DNA of 64,000 nt from NCBI RefSeq assembly GCF_963921235.1, contig NC_086109.1:30010001-30074000 (forward strand). Direction: 5' to 3'. The DNA is from Mobula hypostoma. Taxonomy: Eukaryota. Positions 51,953-64,000 of the stretch are shown in pieces; the stretch's first letter is position 1, and every line of letters starts with the position of its first letter. Under the pieces are notes generated by a model. That model worked only from the letters and a program-made list of their open reading frames with translations. It made no database searches and was not told the DNA's origin. A program made the position numbers and the translations under genes.

Positions 51953-53812
51953 CAATGCATGAAAGAAAATGGAGATTTATAAAAGAAATAATTTATACAA
52001 TATCTGAGCTGGTCTATAAGTCTTGCTGATTTTGATCTTTTGTAACTCAGATACCAAAATTAATGCATTTCTTGACTGGAGCTATTTTCATAGTGGAAAA
52101 CAGGAGAAATTAAAAAAAAATGGATTTAAAGTCAACTTATAATCAAAGTATGTATGTGTGTCTGTGTGTCTGTTTGTCTCTATACAATACAAAATATTGG
52201 AGTTATAGACAGTCTTCTTCTAAATCTTAGAAGAAATCACTCCCCACCGAATTGAAAATTTCAAGCCAAAATATACAGTTCCTGATGGAATTGACATTTC
52301 TTGCCTTGTTAGCAAGAGTATGAAATAAATATTAAAACTCTGAAGTATTTTACATATGTTCTAAAAAGAGCTAAATAAAGCTAAGCGAATTAATTTAGGT
52401 CTGCTTATTATTTCCCCAATCATTTCAAAAGCATTTATTATTTGGGGAGAAAAGTGTGGGTGTCAACAAAAAACATAAAATCTACACTGATTGCAAAAAC
52501 CTGTTTGCCAAAACTTTCAGATAAATGTAACTTAGTTTACAATTTTCTAATAATCTTTTAGAACTGTCATACTTCTTAAATTGGAGCATAGCTGTTCTTT
52601 TCATTGCCCAAATGTAGTAGAATGCCTTTTATTGATTACTGAATAATTTGTACTAACTCTTTTTCTGTGAAAACATAATGGGGCAAATCTCCCACTAACA
52701 CATCAGCAGATCTGCTTTGAACTGCCAGATGTTGAGTTGACGTCTGGGCAGTAACATGGCCCTTTAAAATGTAGGTTGAGTGGTGACATTCATTTCAGTG
52801 AAATGCTGACTCTGGAATATCTAATCTGCATCAGTAGATTCCTTATGGGAGCTTCCTGCTGAACCTGTGCCAGTTTAACTTGGCATGAATATAATTGAAA
52901 TAAATGGTAAGAAATGGCAACTGGGGAACGGTAAATAGATCTATTAAATTAGTTTAATTGCTGGTTTAACTATGTTCAGTTGTTTACCCTTTTTTTAGTG
53001 TGTGTCTTATGTTGATTTATTTTTGTTAATATGAAGACATTTGTGAATGTTTGATCTTAGTAAGATATTTTACAACCTTTGACCAAAGGGTTTGGTCTCA
53101 GTGGGTGTCAGAACAATTCTGTGTTCTGCTGGGCTTTGCCAGTCAGCTGGAAGATGAAAAGTAAACCTAGAATCTGGGAGACATAAACATCTCAATGCAA
53201 AAGCAGGCAACAACGTGACTTGCTGGTCAGTGGAAGTGCAATGCCTCACATGAATAAATGACATTAGTTCTTCTTGTTTGTATGACGATTTAAAATGCAT
53301 CCCAAAAGCAGTTTGATTTTGCGACATTAAAGTAAAACTTGTAAAGGAATGACTGTTCCAGTGGCAAAATTTGTTCAGATTTACCAAACTATTTTTCTAC
53401 TAAAAAGATTTAAAATGCAGAGCGCTTTTATGTGCAAAAGTGAGAACATGGAAAATTTCTAGCAAAAGATTTTAATTTTGTGATCTTTTTGCATATTCTT
53501 TTTGTAGTATTTGCATGTCTAAAATATTTCTTCACCACATTCCAATACAATCCAAAACAAATTTGGTTGTTGTGACTTTAAAACAAAAGGACACATTTTG
53601 CATAATTCCCAATTGAAGTACTCACGTGCCATCTTAGCTTCAATTTTTCAGGGTTAATGACAAAATGTTAATTCTTCATGAAACTGAAGCATGTTTTTGA
53701 CTGATTAGTGTTTTTACTTTACTGGCTGAAGGAAACTACTAGAATTAAGGCTGATAAAATAATGCTGTATGGAAAAGGGAAAAATTAGAATAATTTCAAG
53801 GAAAATAAAGCA

Positions 53813-54400
53813 AAAACACGTGATTTTGAAGATGCTGGAAATTCAGAGCAATGCACACAAAATGCTGAAGGAACTCGGCAGGTCAGACATAATCAATGAA
53901 AGGGAATAAAATAGTCGATGTTTCAGGCTGAGACCCTTCATCAGGACTGGAAAGGAAGTGTGGGGGGGGAATGCGGAGAGGAAGAAGGACAAGCTAGAAG
54001 GTAATAGGTGAAGCCAGGTGGGTGGGGAAGGGACGGGATGAAGTAAGAAGCTGCAAAGTCATAGATGGAAAAGGCAAAGGCTAGAGGGGAAGGAATCTGA
54101 TGGGAGAGGAGGGTGGACATTGAAGAAAGGGCAGGGGGAGGTGGTACAGGTGAGGAGAAGTAATAAGGTGCCAGAGCGGGTAATTGAAGAAGAGGGAAGG
54201 GGTTCACCTCCCAGCTTAACTGGCTCCACGTAGCACCTTCTATCTTGACCCCCTTCCCCTTTATCCAATTTCTTATATTGGCATCTTCCTCCTTCCTTTT
54301 CAGTCCTGATGAAGGGTCTCAGCCCAAAATGTCAGTTGTTTATTCATTTTCATAGATGCTACCTGGCCTGCTGAGTTCCTCCAGCATTTTGTGTGTGTTT
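53813..54400. mobile_element. Penelope-derived fold-back element with a hammerhead motif in each arm
   Basis: Inverted arms at ~53853-53957 and 54294-54397; flanking repeat taaagca (53806-53812, 54401-54407). Motifs at 53913-53948 (-, core intact) and 54301-54338 (+, GAAA>AAAA). Confidence 0.85.
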
Positions 54401-54519
54401 TAAAGCATATTTGGGCTCCTTAACTGCCATGTTAGGTTAGTTTATGAAATTTTGTATTTAGTAAGGGAACTGGTGTGAACTTATAATTCAACTACTTGTT
54501 AATATTTTTCTTTTAACAG

Positions 54520-54590
54520 AAGAGCTGAGGAAGTACAGTTGGTCTGGTGTTCCGCGAGATGTTCGTTCTGTTACGTGGCGACTTCTATCG
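54520..54590 (+). CDS. TBC1D22B: Next coding exon (71 bp, phase 1-0) of TBC1D22B, start of the TBC domain
   Basis: Acceptor tttttcttttaacag and donor gtaagt. Joins in frame with the 15613-15792 exon to give (E)ELRKYSWSGVPRDVRSVTWRLLS, matching recalled ELRKCSWPGVPREVRPITWRLLS. Confidence 0.95.
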
Positions 54591-55416
54591 GTAAGTCGTA
54601 TTGGAATTTATGTGCTGGTATGAAAAGCGAGGTAAAGCAATTATAATTCCATTCTAAGCATCAAAGAGTTTCTAATAGTTCTGAACAAGCCGTGATAGAT
54701 GAGTCTTTGTGTAATAATCAGTGACTTAGAATTTGCAGACTTTTGCACGTTAAGATAGTTTTTGTTTGAGGAAATCTGCAAAAAAAATGTATCTGGTGAG
54801 TCTTCTTAAACCTGAATATCCTTGCTTAAGAGTACTGTGGAATTTTTTCCGAACATATTTGCAACATAAATAAAAGAATGCCATTAAGCATTGATATTGC
54901 CAGTTACTTGATTTTTCTGAGAATTAACAAAATATAAAATTGTGCAAAGATGTGGCATAAAATGCATGGAAATTTTATTAATGGTTACAAATCACTACAC
55001 TGGTAATTAAACAGATAAAGAAGGAGAAAGTAAGCAAGTGTAAGTGGTAACAGCATCTGTTTATTCTGCAGGTTGTAATAAAAACTAATGTGCACTTTGT
55101 TGAACAGTAATATTTTTCTAAAGTATTATATTGAGGACGATTTTGTTGAACACTAGAGGTCATTGTGAGTGCAGCAGTATGCCCGTTAAATAGTACCTTG
55201 CGGACGAAAAACATCCATGGTCATTAGATTTTTTTTGCTCAGCTGAGGTTTTAAATCTGACATTTGGGACAGAGTCAACATGAGTTATTACCTTGAGCAG
55301 AAAAAGTAGATGAATATCAAAAAGAAAGCAAGCTAAGTCAGTAATTGGCACATACATTTATGCATATAAAAGCAATTTTTAATCTTTTTTATATAAAGCA
55401 CTGATTTTTAAATGTA

Positions 55417-57017
55417 CAGTACCTATTTAAAAAGTATTCAACCTCTTGGAAGTTTTCATGTTTTATTATTTTACAATATAGAATCTCAGTGCATTTAATT
55501 TGTCCTTTTTTTGATACTGATCAACAGAAGATGACCCTTTCATGTCAAAATAAAAACATCTCTACAAAGCGATGCAAATTAATTACAAATCTAAAGCACA
55601 AAATAATTGATGCCCAAGTCAGTATTTAGTAGATGCACCTTTGGCAGCAATTACAGCCTTGAGTCTGTGTGGATAGGTCTCTATCAGCTTTGCACATCTG
55701 GACACTGCAGGTTTTCCCCATTTTTCTTTACAAAATTGCTCAAGTTCTGTCAGATTGCGTGGGGATCTGAGTGAACAGCCCTTTTCAAGTCCAGCCACAA
55801 ATTCTCAATTGGATTGAGGTCTGGGCTCTGTCTTGACCACTCCATGACATTACCTGTGTTGTTTTAAGCCTTTCCTGTGTAGCTTTGGCTTTATGCTTGA
55901 TGTCATTGTCTTGCTGGAAAACAAATCTCCCAATTCACAGTTCTCATGCAGACTGCATCAGGTTTTCCTCCAAGATTTCCCTGTATTTTGCTGCATTATT
56001 TTACCCTCTACCTTCACAAGCCTTCCTGCGCTTACGGCAGTGAAGTATCTCCACAGCTTAATGCAGCTTACCACCATGCTACACAGTAGGGATTGTGTGT
56101 TTATGATGCTGTGCAGTGTTTGCTTACACCAAGCATAGTGTTTAGTCTGGCCATAAAGCTAAATTTTGGTTACGCCGGACCATAGAACCTTCTTCCAGCT
56201 GACTTCAAAATCTCCCACTGGCCTTCTGGCAAACTCTAGCTGAGATTTCATATGAGTTTTTTTTCAACAGTGGCTTTCTCTTAGCCACTTTCCTGTAAAA
56301 CTGCAACTGGTGGAGCACCCAGGCAACAGTTGTTGTATGCGCAGTCACTGCCATCTCAGCCTCTAAAACTTGTAGCTCCTCCAGAGTTGTCGTAGGTCTC
56401 TTGGTGGTTTCCCTCATTAGTCCCCTTCTTGCATGGTCACTCAGTTTTTGAGGATGGCCTGCTTTAGGCAGATTTACAGTTGCGCCATGTTCTTTCCATT
56501 TCTTGCTGATTTTGACTTAACTGTACACCAAGGGATATTCAGTGAATTGGAAATTTTCTTGTATCCATCTCGTAACTTGTGCTTTTGGTGAAGTTGTTTG
56601 GACTTTTGTCATCATCGTGTAGTTTTTGCCAGGATACTGACTTGCCAGCAGTTGGACCTTCCAGATACATGTGTATTTTGCTACAATCAATTGAAACACC
56701 TTGACTGTACACAGGTGATCTCCATTTAACTAACTGTGTGATTTCTAAAACCAATTGACTGCACCAGTGATGACTTAGTGTGTCATTTTAAGGTGGGGGG
56801 GGGGTGAATACTTATACAATCAATTATTTTGTGTTTTTTATTTGTAATTAAGTTAGATCACTTTGTAGAGATCTCTTTTCACTTTGACACTAAAGGCTTT
56901 TTACTGTTGATCAGTGTCAAAAGAAAAACAAGTTAAATTCATTGTGATTCAGTGTTCTAAAGCAATAAAACATGAAAACTTCCCGGGGGTGAGGGTGAAT
57001 ACTTTTTAGAGGTATTG
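55417..57017 (-). mobile_element. Decayed Tc1 transposon with long (~200 bp) IR/DR-type TIRs
   Basis: TA-cagtacctatttaaaaagtattc...gaatactttttagaggtattg-TA; minus-strand RETTKRPTTTLEELQ...VAKRKPLLKK. Confidence 0.88.
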
Positions 57018-57239
57018 TATACAGTTTAATTTTTTTGCAACGAGGAGGTAAAATTAACAGAAACAATTTGGGTTTTAATCAGAAGTCTTCAGAAACTTCC
57101 TAACAATCATTTTCATACTGGTTGTGGGTATATTAGTTTTAAAATGAGGAGCCAATATTGCACCTCTGGATGAAAAGCTGACTACATTGCCTTTAAACAT
57201 GGAGATGAATGAATAACCAGACGTATTTGCTTTGCCTTG

Positions 57240-58465
57240 AAAAAATACTCAGCCTCCACAATGATTTTCACATTTTACTCTCATTTTCGATATTTAAAAT
57301 ACATTGAAGTAGGAGTTTGTTGAGCATTGTGCATTGTCAAATCAAAAGAAAAATTCCAAGACTTGTCAATAATTTACTAAAAAGTAAAAAAAAAACAAAG
57401 TTGAGGGTGAAAAAGTATTTATCCCCTTTGTAATTACTACACTAAGTTTCCTCAGCTGCGTTCTGTATATTTCCATAGCAACTCATCGACTTTGTTGGTG
57501 TAGAAAATTGGAAGATCACCTGAAGAAATACCCCCTCTCTCTGTAAGGTCCTACAGTATGGTAGATTTTCAACAGACCAACCAAAATGAAGACAAAAGAG
57601 CATGGAAAGCAAGTCAGGGAAATGATAACAGAGAAGCGCAAATCTGGGAAGTGTGTAAGACTCTCTCAACGACACTAAATATACTTTGGAGCTCAGTGTG
57701 GTCCTTTGTGGAAAAAATATGAAACCACAGTCACACCGCCAAGGTCAGGCTGTGCTGCTAAATTTCATCATTGGAGAAGAATGGAACTTGTAAGAGGCAA
57801 CTGTGACATCAACAGTCACTTTGAGTGAGCTGCAGAAGTCAATGGCTGCAACTAGAGATAAAGTTCATGGTTCCACAATCTCTAAGGCCTTGCACAAAAA
57901 AGGTTATTTATGGAAGAGTGGGAAGGAAGAAGCCCTGGCAAAAAAAACCACATCTTTGCTTGTAAAAAGTTTGCAAGCAACACTTAAAAGATACTGTAAA
58001 GATGTGGAAGAGGAAGGTCTTGTGGTCAGATGTGAGTAAAAGTTGGCTTCTACACTAAGCGATATGTGTGGAGTAAATCTATTACTGTGTATCAGCGAGG
58101 TACTATTCTTACTCTGAAGAGGCCTGGTCAACCTGGCATTCCTCCTTTTAAGGAGGAATGGGCTAATCTTGCTCCATCAAATTGTGCAAAGCTAATAGAC
58201 TTGGCCAAAATAACTACTGGCTGTAATTGTTGTGAGAGATGTACTGAGCAAAAGGGGATGAATACTTTTGAATTGTGACTTTTCAGTTTAGTGTTTTTAG
58301 TTTTTCATCCTTTGCAATTTTCCCTGTGGTTTGGATTCTACTGTGGAAAAAAAAACCATGTAATTCACAAATAAAAATTCAGTTACATTGATCAAAATCC
58401 CTGGTTGTGATACTCATTTAATGTGAACAAAGGATTGGAGCCAAATTCTTTTTTTGATTCATTGT
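57240..58465 (+). mobile_element. Second decayed, internally deleted Tc1 element
   Basis: ATG at ~57586 (MKTKEH), then TVTLSELQKSMAATRDKVHGSTISKALHKKG; inverted inner repeats aaaagtatttatccccttt / aaaggggatgaatacttt. Confidence 0.75.
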
Positions 58466-58609
58466 TTGGAATGTAAAGTTGGATTTCAGGATATCAGACG
58501 CTAAGGCTGTCCTTTAATTATACATCATGTGCTGCTATACAGTGGAAACTATTATTTTATTTCAGTGAGAGCAAATTAGAGCTTTAACCATGTGGTCATT
58601 AATTGGGAC

Positions 58610-58825
58610 AAAAAAGGTGTTCTATGTTGCTCTCTCCTCTGTGTCCATTTCTGGAGAAAGATTATCTACCAACATCTTTTACAAACCCATTGACTCCTGC
58701 AATTATCTTAACTACATTTCTTCTCATCCTGCCTCAAAGGTTGCTACTTTCTTCTCAGTTTTCTTGGTCTTCATCACATCTGTTCTCATGATGCAGCTTT
58801 CCATTCCAGGACATCTGAGATTTGC
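58610..58825 (+). mobile_element. Penelope-like RT C-terminal fragment
   Basis: VSISGERLSTNIFYKPIDSCNYLNYISSHP (YxKPT...YL...SxHP motif). Confidence 0.65.
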
Positions 58826-58829
58826 TGGT

Positions 58830-61800
58830 GCAGCTTTAGTGTCAGTGAGCCAGTGTTTAAGTGGGCATGCTTGAGTGAGAGCAGACTCAGGCTCTTAAGT
58901 AAGTTTTTACTAAGTTTTATTTTTTCCATTTAGTACATGGCTAGTGCACTGAGAATTGGTCCAGAGTTAATAATATGTTCCTTCTGTGAGATGTGGGAGC
59001 TTCAAGTCGCCCTGATAGTTACATCTGCACAAAGTGCACCAAGCTGCAACTCAATGATTTATGGGAGAATGAGAAGCTAATAGATAGGAGCTACAGGGAA
59101 GTAGTCACCATGAAGTTGCAGGAGGTAGGTACCTGGGTGACTGTCAGGAGAGGTAAAGGAGACAAGCAGCCAGTGCAGAGTACCCCTGTGCCTGGACCCC
59201 TCAACAATAAGTATACTGCTGTGGAGAGGGGGGGAGTGGAGGGACGTGATCTACCCAGGGAGAAGTCACAGTGAGCTGGTCTCGGGCACTGAGCCTGGAT
59301 CTGTGGCCCAGAAGGGAAAGGAGGAGAAGGGGTGAGCTGTAGTGATAGGCGATTTGTTGGTTAGCAGAACAGAAAGGAGGTTCTGTGGATGAGAATGAGA
59401 TTCCTGGATGGGTTGTATCCTCAGTCTCAGATCGAGTCCACAGTGTTCTACTCATGGGGGTGAACAGTCAGAGGTCATGGTTCATGTCGATACCAAGGAC
59501 ATGAGTAGGATGGCTGACGACATCCTGCAAAGTGAGGTCATGGAGTCAGGTGCAAAGTTAAGCAAAGGACCTCCAAGGTTGTGATCTCAGGATTGTTATC
59601 CATGCTACATGCTATGAGGTCAAAAGTAGGAAAAACCATACAGTTTAACATGTGGCTAAAGAATTGGTGCAGGAGGGAGGACTTCATATGTTTGGATCAT
59701 TGAGTGCCCTTCCAGAGAAGCTGGGTCCTGCACAGAAAGGAAGATCTTGTTTACACAAACATTCCCGACACGTACTGGGCGGAGCCCCGCCCCCACCTCG
59801 GTTACTCAGACCACATCTCTGTTATGCTAATCCCATAGCGGTCGCTCGTCAGGCGCTCCAGACCAGCTCAGAAGCAGGTGAAAACCTGGCCAGTAGGAGC
59901 CATCTCTGCTCTTCACGACTGCTTTGAGCACATTGACTGGCACATGTTCAGGGAGGCTGCGACCGATGGTGACTCTACCAACTTAGAGGAGTACACAGCA
60001 TCAGTGACAAGCTACATCAGCAAGTGCATCGATGATGTCACTGTTGCCAAGACCATCACTACACGTGCTAACCAGAAGCCATGGATGACCGCGGAGGTGT
60101 GTGCGCTGCTGACGACCTGTGACTCCGCCTTCAGAACAGGCGACAGGGCAGCCCTAACAACAGCGAGGGCCAAACTGTTCCGGGCCATCAGAGAGGCAAA
60201 GCGTGCACATGCCTGGCGAATCCATGGCCACTTCCAGGATAGCGGAGACACGCAGCGCATGTGGAAGGGCATTCAGGACATCACCAACTGCAGGACAACA
60301 TCACCTGACTGTACGGGTGATGCCTCCCTCCCAGATGCGCTGAACAACTTTTGCGCTCGGTTTGAGGCAGATAATGACGTGGCAGCGAGGAAGACCACCC
60401 CTCCTCCAAATGACCAGGTGCTATGTCTTACCGTGGCCGATGTGAGGAGAACCCTGTGCAGGGTCAATCCATGGAAGGCTGCTGGACCAGACAATATTCC
60501 TGGCAGAGTGCTTAGAGGATGTGCAGACCAGCTAGCAGATATTCTCACTGACATCTTCAACATCTCCCTGAGTAGCGCCATCGTTCCTACGTGCTTCAAG
60601 GCCGTCACCATTATCCCCGTGCCGAAGAAGTCTTCAGTGTCCTGCCTCAATGATTACTGTCCCGTTGCACTCACATCCATCATCATGAAGTGTTTTGAGA
60701 GGCTTGTTACGAGGCACATCAAGTCCCTGCTGCCCCCCTCACTGGACCCCCTGCAGTTCGCGTACCGTCCCAACCACTCAACAGACTATGCCATTGCCAT
60801 CACCCTCCACCTGGCTTAACTCACCTGGACAAAAAAGACATGTACATTCGAATGCTGTTCATAGACTTCAGTTCAGCATTCAACACAATCATTCCTCAGA
60901 AACTGATTGGAAAGCTGAGCCTACTGGGCCTGAACACCTCCCTCTGCAACTGGATTCTAGACTTCCTGACTGGGAGACCTCAGTCAGTCCGAATTGGTAG
61001 CAGCATCTCCAACACCATCACACTGAGCACGGGGGCCCCCCAGGTCTGTGTGCTCAGTCTACTGCTGTTCACTTTGCTGACCCATGACTGTGCTGCAACA
61101 CACAGCTTGAACCACATCATCAAGTTCACCGATGACACGACCGTGGTGGGTCTCATCAGCAAGAACGATGAGTCAGCATACAGAGAGGCGGTGCAGCGGC
61201 TAACGGACTGGTGAAGAGCCAACAACCTGTCTCTGAATGTAAACAAAACAAAAGAGATGGTTGTTGACTTCAGGAGGACACGGAACGACCACTCTCCGCT
61301 GAACATTGATGGCTGCTCTGTTGAGGTCGTTAAGAGCACCAAATTTCTTGGTGTTCACCTGGTGGAGAATCTCACCTAGTCCCTCAACACCAGCTTCATA
61401 GCAAAGAAAGCCCAGCAGCGTCTCTACGTTCTGTGAAGGCTGAGAAAAGTCCGTCTCCCACCCCCCATCCTCACCACGTTCTACAGAGGTTGTATTGAGA
61501 GGATCCTGAGCAGCTGCATCACGGCCTGGTTCGGAAATTGTACCACCTCAGATTGCAAGATCCTGCAGTGGATAGTGAGGTCAGCTGAGAAGATCATTGG
61601 GGTCTCTCTTCCCACCATCACAGACATTTACACCACACACTGCATCTGCAAAGCAAACAGCATTATGAAGGACCCCACACACCCCTCATATAATCTCTTT
61701 TCCCTCCGGCCATCTGGAAAAAGGCACCGAAGCATTTGGGCTCTCACGAGCAGACTATGTAACAGTTTCTTCACCCAAGCCATCAGACTCCTCAATACCC

Positions 61801-63430
61801 AGAGCCTGGCTTGACACCAACCTACTATACCCTCTACTGTGCCTACTGTCTTGTTTATTATTATTATTTATTGTAGTGCCTGCACTGTTTTATGCACTTT
61901 ATGTTTTTGTTTTTTTTTCTTATGTAGTTCAGTGTAGTTTTTGTATTGTTTCATGTAGCACCATGGTCCTGGAAAATGTTGTCTCATTTTTACTATGTTC
62001 TGTACCAGCAGTTATAAAAAGTGCCTTGACTTGACTTGACCTCGAGGGAGATTAAGATCCTAGAGCGAATGTTTGCTAGTACTGCATGGGAGGATTTTAA
62101 ACTGGCTTTGCACAGGATTGGAGACTAGAGAGCCAGAACAGATAGTGGAGTGGTTGTGGAGAAAGATGCTGTTAAGCCTACATACAAGGTTAGATATCAG
62201 AAGATTGAGCGTGGTGGGACTTGTCTTCTGAGCTGTGTATATTTCAATTCAAGGATTATAGTACAAAAGGAGAATGACCTCAGAGTATGGATCAACACGT
62301 GGAATTATGATATTGTAGCCATTAGTGAGACTTGGTTGCAGGAGAAGCAGGACCAAGAGAAGCAAGGTTCCATTGTAGATGTGATAGAGTGGGAGGAATT
62401 AAAGGCAGGAATGTAGCATTACTAGTCCGGGGAAATGTCATGTCAGTGTTTAGTCAGGATAAACTGGAAAGCTCATCAAATGAGGCTCTATGGTTAGAAC
62501 TGAGGAATAAGAAAGGGATGACCACATTAATGGAATTATATTATAGATACCCAATGGTCCACGATATTTGTAGAGAGATTGCAGACTGTTGCAAGAAACA
62601 GAAGGTCGTATTAGTAGGTTATTTGAACTTGACCAGGACTCCCATACTGTAAAAGGACTGGTTGGAAAAGACCGTCAAATGCGTTCAGGAAAGTTTCAGT
62701 AATCAGTACATAGAAGCCCTAACTAGAGAGAGTGTGATGCTAGATCCTATATTAGGAAATGAGACAGAACAGCTGACAGACATTGTGTAGTGGAAAACTT
62801 TGCTTATAGTGATATAACACCATTAGTTTCTAGGTAATTATGGAAAAGTATAAGTCTGGTCCTTGGGTTGAGATTCTAAATTGGAGAGATCAATTTTGAT
62901 GCCATTAGAAAGAATCTGAAAAATGTGGATTCAGATGCATTGATTTCTGGCAATAATGTACTAGGTAAGTAGTGGACCTTCAAAAGTGAATTTTTGAGAA
63001 TGCAGAGTTTGTATGTTCCTGTCAGAATGAAAGGCAAGAATAATAGTTTTAGGGAACCTTAGTTTTCAAGAGATATTGAGGCCCTGGTTAAGAAAAAGAG
63101 TGTGCATAGTAGCTATGGGCATCTGGGAACAAACAAGATACTTGGGTATAAGAAATACAAGAAAACACTTAAGGAGGAAATCAGGAGGGTTTAAAAAAAA
63201 CCTGTGGTTGCACTAGTAGACAAAGTGAAGGAAAATCCAAAGGCCTTCTACAGATATATTAAGAGCAAAAGAATGGCAAGGGACAGAATTGGTCCTTGGG
63301 AAGATCAGAGTGTAATATATGCATGGTACTGAGAGAGATAGGCAAGATCTTAAATGGAATTTTTGCATCTGTATTTACTTAGGAGATGGACACTGGGTCT
63401 ATAGAAATGAGGCAAAGCAGTAGTGAGGTC
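58830..63430 (+). mobile_element. Decayed CR1 (ORF1 58830-59740; ORF1 end and EN 62040-63430) split by a Rex1/Babar element
   Basis: PDSYICTKCTKLQL; CVYFNSRII...YDIVAISETWL; EALWLELRNKKG. Confidence 0.8.
59745..62040 (+). mobile_element. 5'-truncated Rex1/Babar-like LINE, relatively young
   Basis: 313-aa ORF 59878-60819 ([38 protein letters not shown]); 60840-61214 [11 protein letters not shown]...KFTDD; (gactt)n tail. Confidence 0.92.
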
Positions 63431-64000
63431 ATTAGATTAGATTAGATTAGATTCAACTTTATTGTCATTGTGCCGATTACAGATTCAAAGCCAATGAAAT
63501 GCAGTTAGCATCTAACCAGAAATGCAAAGAATAGTGTTACTTACAAAATAACTGCGAATAAAAAGTAACTGCTACAGCACACAAATATATAAGTACTGTG
63601 ACAGTACAATATGGGTGCGATACTGCTTAGCATTGTGAAATGAGGTTCAGCAGGGTCACAGCCTCAGGGAAGAAGTTCTTCCTGTGCCTGTTGGTTTGGG
63701 AGTGGAGGCTCCTGTAGTGCCTACTGGATGGGAGGAGAGTAAAACGTCCATGGTTAGGGTGAGATGCATCCTTGATAATGCTTTTTGCCCTGCCCAGGTA
63801 GCATTTATGGTAGATGTTCTCAATGGTGGGCAATTGGGTGCCGATAATCCGCTGGGCAGTTTTCCCCACACACTGGAGTGCTTTGCGGTCTGATACGGGA
63901 CAATTGTCGTACCACACTGAGATGCAGTTAGTAAGTATGCTCTCAATGGTACAGCGGTAAAAATTCGTCAGTATCCTAGGACAGAGGTGAGCTTTCTTGA
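63431..64000 (-). mobile_element. 3' end of a Rex1/Babar-like LINE, running off the window
   Basis: (attag)n tail at 63431-63452; IIKDASHPNHGRFTLLPSSRHYRSL...FFPEAVTLLN. Confidence 0.85.

Noticed and set aside
15613..54590. Assignment to the paralogue TBC1D22A
   Set aside because: The IPLVARISDQNASGAP segment matches my recollection of TBC1D22B; a phylogeny would confirm this.
59878..60819. 313-aa ORF as a host gene
   Set aside because: Rex1/Babar ORF2 fragment with frameshifts and stops downstream.
54591..64000. Next TBC1D22B exon (expected to start GYLPAN)
   Set aside because: No such coding sequence found; presumably beyond the window.

Overview
Vertebrate genomic DNA, most likely from a cartilaginous fish (inferred from the repeat content, not proven). 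The window lies inside a + strand TBC1D22B-like Rab-GAP gene. Two coding exons are visible (15613-15792 and 54520-54590), separated by a 38.7-kb intron, and the rest appears intronic. The introns are packed with decayed, often nested mobile elements: CR1 LINEs (ORF1 zinc-finger/esterase, EN, RT), Rex1/Babar-type LINEs, Penelope-like elements (GIY-YIG) and their palindromic non-autonomous derivatives, Tc1, mariner, Tigger and hAT transposons/MITEs, and one or two solo LTRs. The most notable signal is a family of fold-back Penelope-derived insertions with target-site duplications. They carry a minimal type I hammerhead ribozyme motif, fully intact on the - strand at 25921-25956. Also notable are a 595-bp near-perfect mariner-type palindrome and an inverted pair of elements with an apparent 6-bp TSD. 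Hammerheads in Penelope elements are a known class, so I cannot claim a new system; novelty could only lie at the family level. Most TE boundaries were set by eye and are approximate.
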